From NCBI GenBank assembly GCA_036276515.1, contig DASUOS010000201.1:1-33471 (forward strand): 33,471 nt of DNA, written 5' to 3'. Source of the DNA: Anaerolineales bacterium. GTDB lineage: Bacteria > Chloroflexota > Anaerolineae > Anaerolineales > Villigracilaceae. The number at the start of each line of letters is the position of its first letter. The first letter of the stretch is position 1. Under the pieces are notes generated by a model. It was not told the DNA's origin. It worked only from the letters and a program-made list of their open reading frames with translations, and searched no databases. This document shows, piece by piece, positions 18,494-27,023 of the stretch. The position numbers and the translations under genes were made by a program.

Positions 18494-21289
18494 ATGGCGA
18501 CCCTTCAAGACACAGGAGCACAAAGCGTACCCGCCGTCAGACCTGCCATTTCCACGCCGACACGGATGCGGAACTTCTTCAGCGCGCTCCGCTATCTGGG
18601 TGGGAAAGCCCTCAGCATCCTGGTCACGATCTTCATCGGGGTCTTCCTGACCATCCTGATCGTGAACTCCCCGAAAGGCATGGATGGCTCGCCAGCCCAG
18701 TCGCCGTTTCAGACCCGGCTGGAATGGGAGATCCAGGCAGCGGTGGAGGAGAGCATCAATCAAGGGCTCATCCCCATGGATGCCTATGGAACCCCCGACC
18801 AGGAGGCAGTCGATGATCTGGTCGCAAGCCTGCGTGAGGATGCGGGGTTGGATCTCCCAAAATCCCAGCGCTACCTGCTGTGGGCAGTCAAGGCGCTCTC
18901 ATTCGACTGGGGCGAATTGAATTCGGCCCTCCTCCCTTACGAGAATGCCGGGGGATTGCGCGAGGAGCTGGCTTCCAACATTGTTCTTCAATTCCTGCCC
19001 AACACACTGCTGCTGGTGGGGACGGCCTATCTGCTGGTATTCCTGATCGGTATGCCCATCTCCCTGTACCTGGCCCGCCATTACGGAGGCTGGGTGGACC
19101 GGGTCATGTCGCTGCTCTCGCCCATCTCCTCCGTGCCGAGTTGGGTCTTCGCCATGCTATTGGTTACGATCTTCGCCGTGCAACTGCGCTGGCTGCCGGT
19201 CTCGGGTATGTTCGGACCCTTTCGGCCTACCGAGCCGATCCCGTATCTCCTCGCTCTGGTCAAGCATATGATCCTGCCGGTCTCCGCGCTGGTGCTGAGC
19301 CTGCTTTTCCAGCTGGTCTACACCTGGCGGACCTTCCTTGTCATTTACTCCGAGGAGGATTATGTAGACCTGGCCCGCGCAAAAGGCCTGGAGCCGCGCC
19401 TGCTTGAAAAACAGTACATCCTCCGGCCGGCCCTTCCCTATATCGTCACCAGTTTTGCGACCAGTTTGATCAGTTTCTGGCAGCTCACGGTCGTGCTGGA
19501 AAAGATCTTCCATTGGCCGGGACTCGGCATGCTGTATATTGAAACCCTGCCCAACTACTGGAATGAAAGTGTCTCCTATGGCGACCTGATGGTTGTCGTC
19601 CAGATCGTGGTTACCTTCTCCTACCTGCTTGGGATTCTAGTGTTCCTGCTCGATATAGCCTATGTGATCATGGATCCGCGCATCCATCTTGTTCCGAAAA
19701 GCAATCTGGCCCAGATGAGTGCGCGGATTAAACCCAAATGGGAACCTGTAAAACGATTCCGGGCCTGGAGGGGGGATAGGATCCTGGCTCGCGCCCAGCC
19801 GGTTTTGCCCCGCCCGAAAAAGCGGGTTTCCCTTATCCACCGCTTTCCCCAGAACTTAAAAGAGTGGCTGCACGAGATGCGTGAGCAGACCCGATTGTTT
19901 GCTCATCAGCTGCTCCGGTATCCGTCTGCCATCTTTGGACTGGCGGTGATCACCTTTCTGCTGGCAGGCTCCCTGTACGCGATCCTGTTCCTGCCGTACG
20001 AGCAGATCGGCGTTGATTTCGAACAGGACTGGTTGAGCGGCCGCAACTTTACCCCCCGGACCGCCGCGCCCGTCTGGACCAATCTCTTTAGCTTTCCGCC
20101 GCGCCTCTCCACGCTCAGTCTCGATGAAAATAGTGAAGAGACAAGTATCTCCACCCGCCACCTGGAAAACGGCTGGGTGGAAAAAACGATCACGTTCCAG
20201 TTCGATTATTCCTACAGAGAGGCTCCCAGCGATGTCTTTGTATATGTCGACACTGCCTATACAGAGAAATTTCCTTTTGTCTCCTTTGAGTGGACCACCC
20301 CCGACGGGAGGACCATCGATCTAAAACCGAGAGCCGTTGCCGGAGATGGGAGCTACGATCTGAAAGAGGGAATACCCACCCAGCGGCTGCTGGCCGAAAA
20401 CCCCGGCTGGAGGAACTGGTTCGCGACGGACGGCCCATATCCCACACCGCCCTATAAACTTTTATTTGCAGATCCAAACTCTCCCAATGATGTGCCGCTT
20501 CGTGGAACATATCGATTCAAAGTAACAGGCTTGCTCTTCGAGGAGGGAGGAGATGTCCAGCCGCATCTCGTCATGCTGGGACAGGTCTATGGAATAGCCG
20601 GAACCGATTACTGGCGGCGGGACCTGACTGTGCCGTTGTTCTGGGGTATGCCTTTCGCCCTGCTGATCGGTTTTATGGGCACTCTTTTAACCACACTGGT
20701 GGCCATGCTGCTGCCTGCCATCGGAGTCTGGTTCGGCGGCTGGGTAGACGGCTTCGTCCAGCGGCTGACCGAGGTCAACATGGTGCTGCCGGGGCTGGCG
20801 ATCGCCGTGCTGATCTATGCTTTGTTCTTTGTGAACATCTGGGTCATCCTGGCGATCGTGGTTGTTCTCAACGCAATGGGAGCCCCGATCAAGACATTCC
20901 GTTCCGCCTTGTTGCAGGCAAAGGAGGCGCCCTACATCGAGATGGCGCGCGCCTATGGCGCCAGCGACTTCCGCATCATCACTCGCTACCTGGTGCCGCG
21001 CATCCTGCCGGTGCTCATCCCGCACCTGGTCATGCAGATTCCCACATTCATTTTCCTGGAGGCCACGCTGGGATTCTTCAACATTCGCTCATACCATCCC
21101 TCCTGGGGCAGGATCATCTATGAGGGTCTGGCCGAAGGCGCACTCTATGGCTCCCCGTTCTGGGTGCTCGAGCCGATCTTCCTCCTGCTCCTGACCGGTC
21201 TGGCGTTTGCCATGCTGGGCTCGGCCCTCGAGCGCACCCTCAACCCGCGCATCATCGATACCCTGCCGGCCGGCGGGAAAGCAGGCTGA
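18494..21289 (+). CDS. Fused DppB-DppC (peptide/oligosaccharide ABC) permease with large extracytoplasmic loops
   Basis: Two EAA loops (EEDYVDLARAKGL, EAPYIEMARAYGAS), EKIFHWPGLG, GTDYWRRD, EATLGFF and SWGRII in one continuous ORF. Confidence 0.85.
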   Translation: MATLQDTGAQSVPAVRPAISTPTRMRNFFSALRYLGGKALSILVTIFIGVFLTILIVNSPKGMDGSPAQSPFQTRLEWEIQAAVEESINQGLIPMDAYGTPDQEAVDDLVASLREDAGLDLPKSQRYLLWAVKALSFDWGELNSALLPYENAGGLREELASNIVLQFLPNTLLLVGTAYLLVFLIGMPISLYLARHYGGWVDRVMSLLSPISSVPSWVFAMLLVTIFAVQLRWLPVSGMFGPFRPTEPIPYLLALVKHMILPVSALVLSLLFQLVYTWRTFLVIYSEEDYVDLARAKGLEPRLLEKQYILRPALPYIVTSFATSLISFWQLTVVLEKIFHWPGLGMLYIETLPNYWNESVSYGDLMVVVQIVVTFSYLLGILVFLLDIAYVIMDPRIHLVPKSNLAQMSARIKPKWEPVKRFRAWRGDRILARAQPVLPRPKKRVSLIHRFPQNLKEWLHEMREQTRLFAHQLLRYPSAIFGLAVITFLLAGSLYAILFLPYEQIGVDFEQDWLSGRNFTPRTAAPVWTNLFSFPPRLSTLSLDENSEETSISTRHLENGWVEKTITFQFDYSYREAPSDVFVYVDTAYTEKFPFVSFEWTTPDGRTIDLKPRAVAGDGSYDLKEGIPTQRLLAENPGWRNWFATDGPYPTPPYKLLFADPNSPNDVPLRGTYRFKVTGLLFEEGGDVQPHLVMLGQVYGIAGTDYWRRDLTVPLFWGMPFALLIGFMGTLLTTLVAMLLPAIGVWFGGWVDGFVQRLTEVNMVLPGLAIAVLIYALFFVNIWVILAIVVVLNAMGAPIKTFRSALLQAKEAPYIEMARAYGASDFRIITRYLVPRILPVLIPHLVMQIPTFIFLEATLGFFNIRSYHPSWGRIIYEGLAEGALYGSPFWVLEPIFLLLLTGLAFAMLGSALERTLNPRIIDTLPAGGKAG

Positions 21290-21312
21290 CACTGTTTGAT
21301 GTGTCAGCCTGC
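21281..21312. terminator. Hairpin between convergent genes
   Basis: GCAGGCTGACAC-tgtttgat-GTGTCAGCCTGC; no clear U-tract. Confidence 0.45.
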
Positions 21313-21351
21313 AGGACGTACTTCAGCTTGAATACCTCCTTTGCGATGACC

Positions 21352-21684
21352 TTATGAATACGATTTGGCAATGCTCATCAGCATGAGCTGTCCGCCGTCT
21401 TCGCCTTGGCCGTTATTGGCCATCAGCTGGAAATAGCGCAGTGCGGCCGGGTCGTCAAGTGCCTTCTGCATGGCCTGTTCCACGCTTTCGCGGCTTTCCC
21501 AGTAGGCGATGTCCGCCCAGGTGCCGTCGCCATTGCGGACCAGGTCGCGGCGCAGGAATCCCTCCTGCTGGCTGAGGAAGTTCTCCTGCAAATCGTCCGA
21601 CGCGGCGATAAACGTCGGTTCGTCCACGCCCTCGGCGAGCTTGAAGGGCGCGAATTCGATAATCTGGTTTTTCGTGCTGTTCAT
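21352..21684 (-). CDS. ABM (antibiotic biosynthesis monooxygenase)-like dimeric alpha/beta-barrel protein
   Basis: 110 aa; FKLAEGVDE...FLSQQEGFLRRDL...WADIAYWESRE pattern; AAAGGA RBS. Confidence 0.7.
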   Translation of the reverse strand: MNSTKNQIIEFAPFKLAEGVDEPTFIAASDDLQENFLSQQEGFLRRDLVRNGDGTWADIAYWESRESVEQAMQKALDDPAALRYFQLMANNGQGEDGGQLMLMSIAKSYS

Positions 21685-21713
21685 TGTGACATCCTTTCCT
21701 TTGGTTTCCCCGC

Positions 21714-21747
21714 ATTCTACAGCAACGGTGTGACAGCCCTATGTCAA
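21714..21747 (-). promoter_or_regulatory. Putative WYL-regulator operator/promoter for the ABM gene
   Basis: TGACA-gcccta-TGTCA palindrome (21731-21746). The minus strand reads TGTCAC-N10-TAGAAT. Confidence 0.65.
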
Positions 21748-22659
21748 CAAGTCTGCCAGGTTCTGGGCGGTTTCGCGCAGGCTTTTGCGGAGATCCCCCG
21801 GTGACAGGACCTCCGCCGCCGCACCCCAGCTCAGGATCCAGGGCGTGAGCTCGGAGGTATTGTGGACGCGGTAGGTCATGGTTACACCCTCCTGCCTGGA
21901 AGACTCCTCGCTCTGAAATCCATAATGCTGCCGCTCACGCACCCAGCGGACGGAGTCCGGTCTGAAACGGATCCTGACTTCGACTGTCTTTTCCTGCGCC
22001 GGTCTGCCTGCCCGCCGCTTCGAGAAAAACTCATTCTTGAGGACCAGCCCTTCCAGCCGCGAGAGCCGGAAGGCGCGGATGTCCTTCCGCAGCCTGCAGT
22101 AGCCCTCCAGGTACCAGACGCCATCTGAGTAGAACAACTGGTGCGGCTCCACATTCCGCTCGGTGACCTGCTCCTTTTGATAAGGCAGATAGCGGATATG
22201 GATGACCCGCTTTTCCTGGATGGCTTTCTGCAGGGTCAGCAGCTGGGGATCGTCGAGGTCGAACTTCTGGGCGGGTGTGATGAACCCGATGACATCCGTC
22301 AGCGCCTCGGCCCGGGCCCGGACAGAGTCCGGCAGCGCGACCGTGATCTTGGCCAGTGCCTGGTCTGCGCCCCGGGCCAGCGAGCCGGCTGCCTGCTGGG
22401 TAAGGAGGCGCGACCCGAGGATCAGGGCAACGGCCTCGTTCTCCGTGAACATCAGCGGCGGGATGTAATAGCCTTCCACCAGCTCGAACCCCTCGCCGGG
22501 CAGCGCGGCCAGCGGGATGCCCATCTGGTTCAGCGCCGATAGATCCCGGTAGATGGTCCGCTTGCTGATCTCGAACTGCTCCGAAAGGTCCTGGGCTCGG
22601 ACGCGGCGCTTGCGCTGCAGTGTCAACAGGATGGCAAACAGGCGGTCGATGCGGTTCAT
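21739..22659 (-). CDS. YafY/PafC-type transcriptional regulator (HTH_11 + WYL + WCX)
   Basis: MNRIDRL, EISKRTIYRDL, VEPHQL, WYLEGYCRLRKDIRAFRLSR and EVLSP. Confidence 0.93.
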   Translation of the reverse strand: MNRIDRLFAILLTLQRKRRVRAQDLSEQFEISKRTIYRDLSALNQMGIPLAALPGEGFELVEGYYIPPLMFTENEAVALILGSRLLTQQAAGSLARGADQALAKITVALPDSVRARAEALTDVIGFITPAQKFDLDDPQLLTLQKAIQEKRVIHIRYLPYQKEQVTERNVEPHQLFYSDGVWYLEGYCRLRKDIRAFRLSRLEGLVLKNEFFSKRRAGRPAQEKTVEVRIRFRPDSVRWVRERQHYGFQSEESSRQEGVTMTYRVHNTSELTPWILSWGAAAEVLSPGDLRKSLRETAQNLADLLT

Positions 22660-22707
22660 GGCTTGTTACCGTATAATAGCGGAATACAAAGTGAAAATCA
22701 ACCGTCT

Positions 22708-24345
22708 ATGAATCGAATCAACGAATTCTTCACCCAGCGCCTCAAACGCGGGCTGGTCCGCCGTCTCAACAATCGAAAGATCGCATCCGTCGCCCGGGAG
22801 GTGGCCCGTCAGGAGCCTCCACCGCAGGGCGCGCCAGTTGTCTTCTTCAAAGCCTCCACAGGAATCGACGACCTCTCCTGGAACAGCGGTTTTCACCTGC
22901 TCGCCTCCTGGGCCCTGCGGTGTAGTGGCATCCCGGTTGCCTATTTTGCCTGTCACTCGGGGATGAGCCATTGTGTGCTGGGGACAAACCGTGATAACGT
23001 TCGCCAGCCGCCGCCGTGCAGGTCATGTATTTACCAATCGAAGACGCTGTATACGGACGTTCCAACGTTGGAACGTTCAAACGTTCAACGTTCCGGTGTG
23101 CAGTGGTTTACGTTCGACCGGGATGGACAGCTTGAAGCGGCGACTAATAATCTCTCCCTACAGGAGCTGATGAACTTTGAGTGGCAGGGTGTCCCTCTCG
23201 GTTCTCTCTGCCTCCCTGGTTTGCGCTGGATCCTGCGCATCCACCACCTGAACAACGATGAACCGACACGCTATCTTTTGCGTGAGTACATCCTGTCGGC
23301 CTGGAATGTGGCACAGAAATTTTCAGATTTTCTCGACCAGGTCCAGCCGCGGGCGGTGGTGGTCTTCAACGGGCAGTTCTACCCCGAAGCAACGGCGCGC
23401 TACGTCGCCCAGAAGCGCGGACTGCGGGTCATCACCCATGAAGTGGGACTGCAGCCCGCTTCCGCTTACTTCACCGACGGCGAAGCGACTGCCTACCCGA
23501 TCCACATCCCGGACGAGTTCGAACTGGACGAAGAGCAGAATGCAAAACTCGATGCCTATCTCGCCAGACGATTTCAGGGTGACTTTACGATGGCAGGCAT
23601 CCAGTTCTGGTCCGACATGAAGGGATTGGACGAGTCGTTCCTGCAGAAAGCAGCAGGCTTCAAGCAGATCGTCCCCATTTTTACAAACGTCATCTTCGAT
23701 ACCAGCCAGCCGCATGCCAACACGGTCTTCGAAGACATGTTCGATTGGCTCGACCTGGCTCTGGATGTGATCCGCGAACATCGCGATACGCTATTCGTGA
23801 TTCGGGCCCACCCTGATGAATTGCGCCTGAGAAAAGCCAGCCGCGAGACGGTAGCAGGCTGGGTCGAGAGCCGCGGCGTAGACCGGGAGCCAAACGTGGT
23901 CTTTGTCAGCCCGCGTGAAACGTTGAGCTCCTACGAGCTGATCCAGAGATCAAAATTCATCATGATCTACAACTCGACCATCGGGCTGGAAGCATCCCTG
24001 ATGGGCGCAGCCGTACTGTGCGCGGGAAAAGCGCGCTTCACACAGTATCCCACGGTGTTCTTCCCGCAGACGGTTGAAGGTGTAAGAAGGAAGATCGAAG
24101 AGTTTCTGGAAGCAGAAAAAATCGAAGTCCCGGCAGAGTTCCAGCGCAATGCCCGCCGGTTTTTGTATTATCAACTGTTCAGGACGTCACTGCCATTCGG
24201 CGATTTCCTGGAGCCATCTGTCCGCACAACGCAGGCCCGGCTCAAGTCGTTTAATCTGGATGAGCTCCTGCCTGAAAATTCAAAAGCTATGGAAGCGATT
24301 CTTGATGGGTTATTGAACGATGGGGATTTCCTGTTGAAGGAATAG
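22708..24345 (+). CDS. Capsule polysaccharide biosynthesis protein (Capsule_synth/KpsS-like GT-B)
   Basis: VFNG, RAHP and YNSTIGLEA motifs; ATG 22708 downstream of TATAAT (22672-22677). Confidence 0.75.
   Translation: MNRINEFFTQRLKRGLVRRLNNRKIASVAREVARQEPPPQGAPVVFFKASTGIDDLSWNSGFHLLASWALRCSGIPVAYFACHSGMSHCVLGTNRDNVRQPPPCRSCIYQSKTLYTDVPTLERSNVQRSGVQWFTFDRDGQLEAATNNLSLQELMNFEWQGVPLGSLCLPGLRWILRIHHLNNDEPTRYLLREYILSAWNVAQKFSDFLDQVQPRAVVVFNGQFYPEATARYVAQKRGLRVITHEVGLQPASAYFTDGEATAYPIHIPDEFELDEEQNAKLDAYLARRFQGDFTMAGIQFWSDMKGLDESFLQKAAGFKQIVPIFTNVIFDTSQPHANTVFEDMFDWLDLALDVIREHRDTLFVIRAHPDELRLRKASRETVAGWVESRGVDREPNVVFVSPRETLSSYELIQRSKFIMIYNSTIGLEASLMGAAVLCAGKARFTQYPTVFFPQTVEGVRRKIEEFLEAEKIEVPAEFQRNARRFLYYQLFRTSLPFGDFLEPSVRTTQARLKSFNLDELLPENSKAMEAILDGLLNDGDFLLKE
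23057..23095. repeat. In-frame ACGTT-based 8-nt tandem repeat (39 bp) inside the CDS
   Basis: acgttcca acgttgga acgttcaa acgttca acgttccg; translates within DVPTLERSNVQRSG. Confidence 0.9.
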
Positions 24346-24372
24346 CTTTTTCAGCACAAAGGGTTTTGAGTT

Positions 24373-24407
24373 AAAAGCAAACCGCCGCTGAGAAGCGGCG
24401 GTCTTTT
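24373..24407. terminator. Probable bidirectional intrinsic terminator
   Basis: A-rich flank, ACCGCCGCT-gaga-AGCGGCGGT, then ctttt, between convergent genes. Confidence 0.75.
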
Positions 24408-24411
24408 GTCT

Positions 24412-25353
24412 TTACCAGGGCAATGGGTCTACTTCAATTTCCTGAGTCCATAGATCGCGCATCGTCTGGATGGTTTCCGGGCTCAATTGTTTGTCTGCCG
24501 CGGCGAAGTTATCCAGCGCCTGTTCGACGGTCTTGGCGCCGGGAATGACCGTCGACACCTCAGGCTGGGCCAGGACGAACTGCAGTGCGGCGTGGGCTAA
24601 CGACGCTCCTTCGGGCACGAGCGCGGCGAACTTTTCGACCAGGTCGCTACGCCGGGCCAGAACGTCGGGCGACCAGCGGCTGCGGATGTCGTCGAACTTG
24701 TGGTCACCGCGGTAGCGCCCCGAAAGCCAGCCGGAATCCAGCGGCACCTTGACGATCAGCCCCATGCCCTGCGCCTGGGCCTTCGGGAAGGCGGGCAGCA
24801 CTTCCTGGTACAGGGCGTTGAAGAAGACTTCGGCGGCTTTGCTGTTTGTCGTATCGAGCACGGTCTCCAGCTCGACGCGCCAGTCCAGCGAGACGCCACA
24901 TTCACGGATCTTGCCCTCCGTTTTGAGTTTTTCCAGCTCCCCAAATAAATCTGCAGAGACATTTCCATCCATCAGCTCGCGCGGCGGGTTGTGCAAAAGA
25001 AGAATATCCACGTAATCGGTCTGCAGTCTTTGAAAGCTGCCCTCCAGCACCGGGCGGACGTGCTTCGCCTCGAAGTCACGCGTGCCATCTTCTCCATAGT
25101 GGCTGAACTTGGTGCAAATAATGACATCCCTGCGTACGGATTTGAGCCCTTCGCCAAGCAGTTCCTCACTTCGGCCGCCGCCGTAGCCGGGGGCGGTGTC
25201 GAAGAAATTGCAGCCTGCCTCGAGCGACTTGTGCACGATCTCCAGCGCTTCTCTCTTATCATCGATCCCCCAATCAGGGTTGGCCAATTGCCAGGCGCCA
25301 AGCCCCACCTCGGAGACGTGCATGCCGGTATTGCCAAACGGACGAAGTTTCAT
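24412..25353 (-). CDS. Aldo/keto reductase
   Basis: GLGAW, FFDTAPGYG, SEELLG, TKF, LQTDYVDILLLH and IPGAKT; ATG at 25353 with GGAG RBS. Confidence 0.93.
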   Translation of the reverse strand: MKLRPFGNTGMHVSEVGLGAWQLANPDWGIDDKREALEIVHKSLEAGCNFFDTAPGYGGGRSEELLGEGLKSVRRDVIICTKFSHYGEDGTRDFEAKHVRPVLEGSFQRLQTDYVDILLLHNPPRELMDGNVSADLFGELEKLKTEGKIRECGVSLDWRVELETVLDTTNSKAAEVFFNALYQEVLPAFPKAQAQGMGLIVKVPLDSGWLSGRYRGDHKFDDIRSRWSPDVLARRSDLVEKFAALVPEGASLAHAALQFVLAQPEVSTVIPGAKTVEQALDNFAAADKQLSPETIQTMRDLWTQEIEVDPLPW

Positions 25354-25373
25354 CGGTGTTCTCCAAAATTGAC

Positions 25374-25424
25374 CCTTGCGAAGAGATCCCTCGGGCTCCA
25401 CCCTCAGGACAAGCCTTCGCAAGG
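25374..25424. repeat. REP-like element with 10-bp inverted arms enclosing a 31-bp insert
   Basis: CCTTGCGAAG-agatccctcgggctccaccctcaggacaagc-CTTCGCAAGG. Confidence 0.6.
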
Positions 25425-25434
25425 CTTATGGTTA

Positions 25435-26415
25435 TCATCTTCCCAACAACGTATCGATCTCTTTTATCTGCTCCGGCGTCAGGGGACCGAACTCCATAGC
25501 CCTGGCATTTTCCTCCACCTGGGCGACAGTCTTGAAGCCGGGGATGGGGACAGTCTTTTCACTGCGCGCCCAGATCCAGGCTAACGCGCCCTGGACGAGC
25601 GTGCGTCCATTGCTGGTCAAAATGTCGCGAATGGTTTCCAATTGGTCGAGCGTGGGAGCAAAGAAATGATCGCGCGACCACTCATCGTTGCGGACATCGT
25701 TTTGCGGAAATAATGCGTCCTTCGCATATTTCCCGCTCAGCGCCCCGCGCGCCAGCGGACTGCGGTTGACGCCGGCCAGGTTCAGCTCCTCACACAGCGC
25801 GATCATCTCGGGTGCATCGAGCACCACGTTCAGGTCATGCTGGATGGCCACGCAGTGCTTGCCTTCCGCAAACAGGCGGGCGCCTTCGACCGAGTCCGTG
25901 CTCCAGCCGTAATAGCGGATCTTCCCATCCTGCACGAGCGACTCGAGCAGGTCCACCATGGCGGGCACTTTTTGGAGCTCGTAATTCCAGACGTGCAATT
26001 GATACAGGTCGATCACGTCCGTGTTCAGGCGGCGCAGGCTGGCTTCACATTCCTCGCGGACATACTTGAGATGATCGTCCTCACGGAAGGTAACCCGTTT
26101 TGCCACTTCATTGACGTGAAAGCCGAATTTCGTGGCGATCACAGCCTGGTTGCGTTTGCCTTCGAGGGCGCGCGCCAGGATCCGCTCGCTGTGACCCGTC
26201 CCGTAGTTGGCAGCGGTGTCGAAGAAGTTGACACCCAGGTCGAGAGCGCGGTGGATGGCGCGGACCGACTCGTTGTCGTCGATATCGCCCCAGCCGCCCT
26301 GCCCGTCCAGCCAGAACCAGGGGCCCCCGATCGCCCAGCACCCCAGCCCCAGCGCGCTGACCTGCAGGCCGGAGCGCCCGAGTGTCCTGCGCATTGTATT
26401 GGTTGTCGTTGTCAT
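25435..26415 (-). CDS. Aldo/keto reductase
   Basis: GLGCWAIGG, FFDTAANYG, ATKFG, TDVIDLYQLH, SPLARG and PIPGFKT. Confidence 0.93.
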   Translation of the reverse strand: MTTTTNTMRRTLGRSGLQVSALGLGCWAIGGPWFWLDGQGGWGDIDDNESVRAIHRALDLGVNFFDTAANYGTGHSERILARALEGKRNQAVIATKFGFHVNEVAKRVTFREDDHLKYVREECEASLRRLNTDVIDLYQLHVWNYELQKVPAMVDLLESLVQDGKIRYYGWSTDSVEGARLFAEGKHCVAIQHDLNVVLDAPEMIALCEELNLAGVNRSPLARGALSGKYAKDALFPQNDVRNDEWSRDHFFAPTLDQLETIRDILTSNGRTLVQGALAWIWARSEKTVPIPGFKTVAQVEENARAMEFGPLTPEQIKEIDTLLGR

Positions 26416-26426
26416 ATCTATCTCCT

Positions 26427-26822
26427 TTAGGATTTCTCGAGTTCATTTTCTGCAACAACCTGTCCGTAGATTTCGATCTTGTACTGCACCAGCTTTAGAT
26501 GTTCATGAAGCTCGTCGATGTGCTGCTCCACCTGGTCCCGCAGTGCCTTGAGCATTTCCAGGCGTTGGGGCAGGGTCTCGTCGCCGCGCCGCTGGAGCTC
26601 GGCGTACCTTTGCATATCGCGGATGGACATGCCCGTGGCGCGCAGCTTGCAGAGGAAATCGATCCAGCCGATATCTTCCACCGTATACCGGCGGCGCGTG
26701 TTCTCCTCACGGTCGATGGAATGGATGAGCCCGATCCGCTCGTAGTAGCGCAGGGTGTGGGCGCTCAACCCGGTCGCTTCGGCTGCTTCCTGGATGGTGA
26801 GTTTATCTTTTGGGAGTTCCAT
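26427..26822 (-). CDS. MerR family regulator (AdhR/NmlR-like)
   Basis: TIQEAAEATGLSAHTLRYYERIGLI, RRY, WIDFLCKLRATGMSI and KIEIY. Confidence 0.92.
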   Translation of the reverse strand: MELPKDKLTIQEAAEATGLSAHTLRYYERIGLIHSIDREENTRRRYTVEDIGWIDFLCKLRATGMSIRDMQRYAELQRRGDETLPQRLEMLKALRDQVEQHIDELHEHLKLVQYKIEIYGQVVAENELEKS

Positions 26823-26829
26823 GGTCTCA

Positions 26830-26860
26830 AGTGTACATCGTAGAGTGTACTCGAAGTCAA
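26830..26860 (-). promoter_or_regulatory. MerR-type promoter with a 19-bp spacer and dyad operator
   Basis: TTGACT-(19 nt containing GAGT-NN-ACTC)-TACACT-7 nt-ATG. Confidence 0.85.
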
Positions 26861-27023
26861 GGCTTCTCGCCGTGATATTCGGGGGATTAGTGATGGCATA
26901 ACGTTCTTAAAACCAGCAATTGGGAGACAACGGTCGTTCATACTCTCACTTATCAGGATTCTTCGTCAAGAAACGCCCATGTCTAGCATGTGAAATCCCC
27001 AACTACACCAACTCGTTGTATTC

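Noticed and set aside
21287-21306. TGACA-N10-TGTCA as a third WYL operator
   Set aside because: Different spacer, part of a longer hairpin between convergent genes, and no correctly spaced -10 seen.
21742-21747. Perfect TTGACA as a sigma-70 -35 element
   Set aside because: It is 22 nt from the TAGAAT -10, so it is better explained as half of the palindromic operator.
22645-22722. The divergent WYL and capsule genes both start MNRI
   Set aside because: The codons differ and the similarity stops after a few residues; most likely coincidence.
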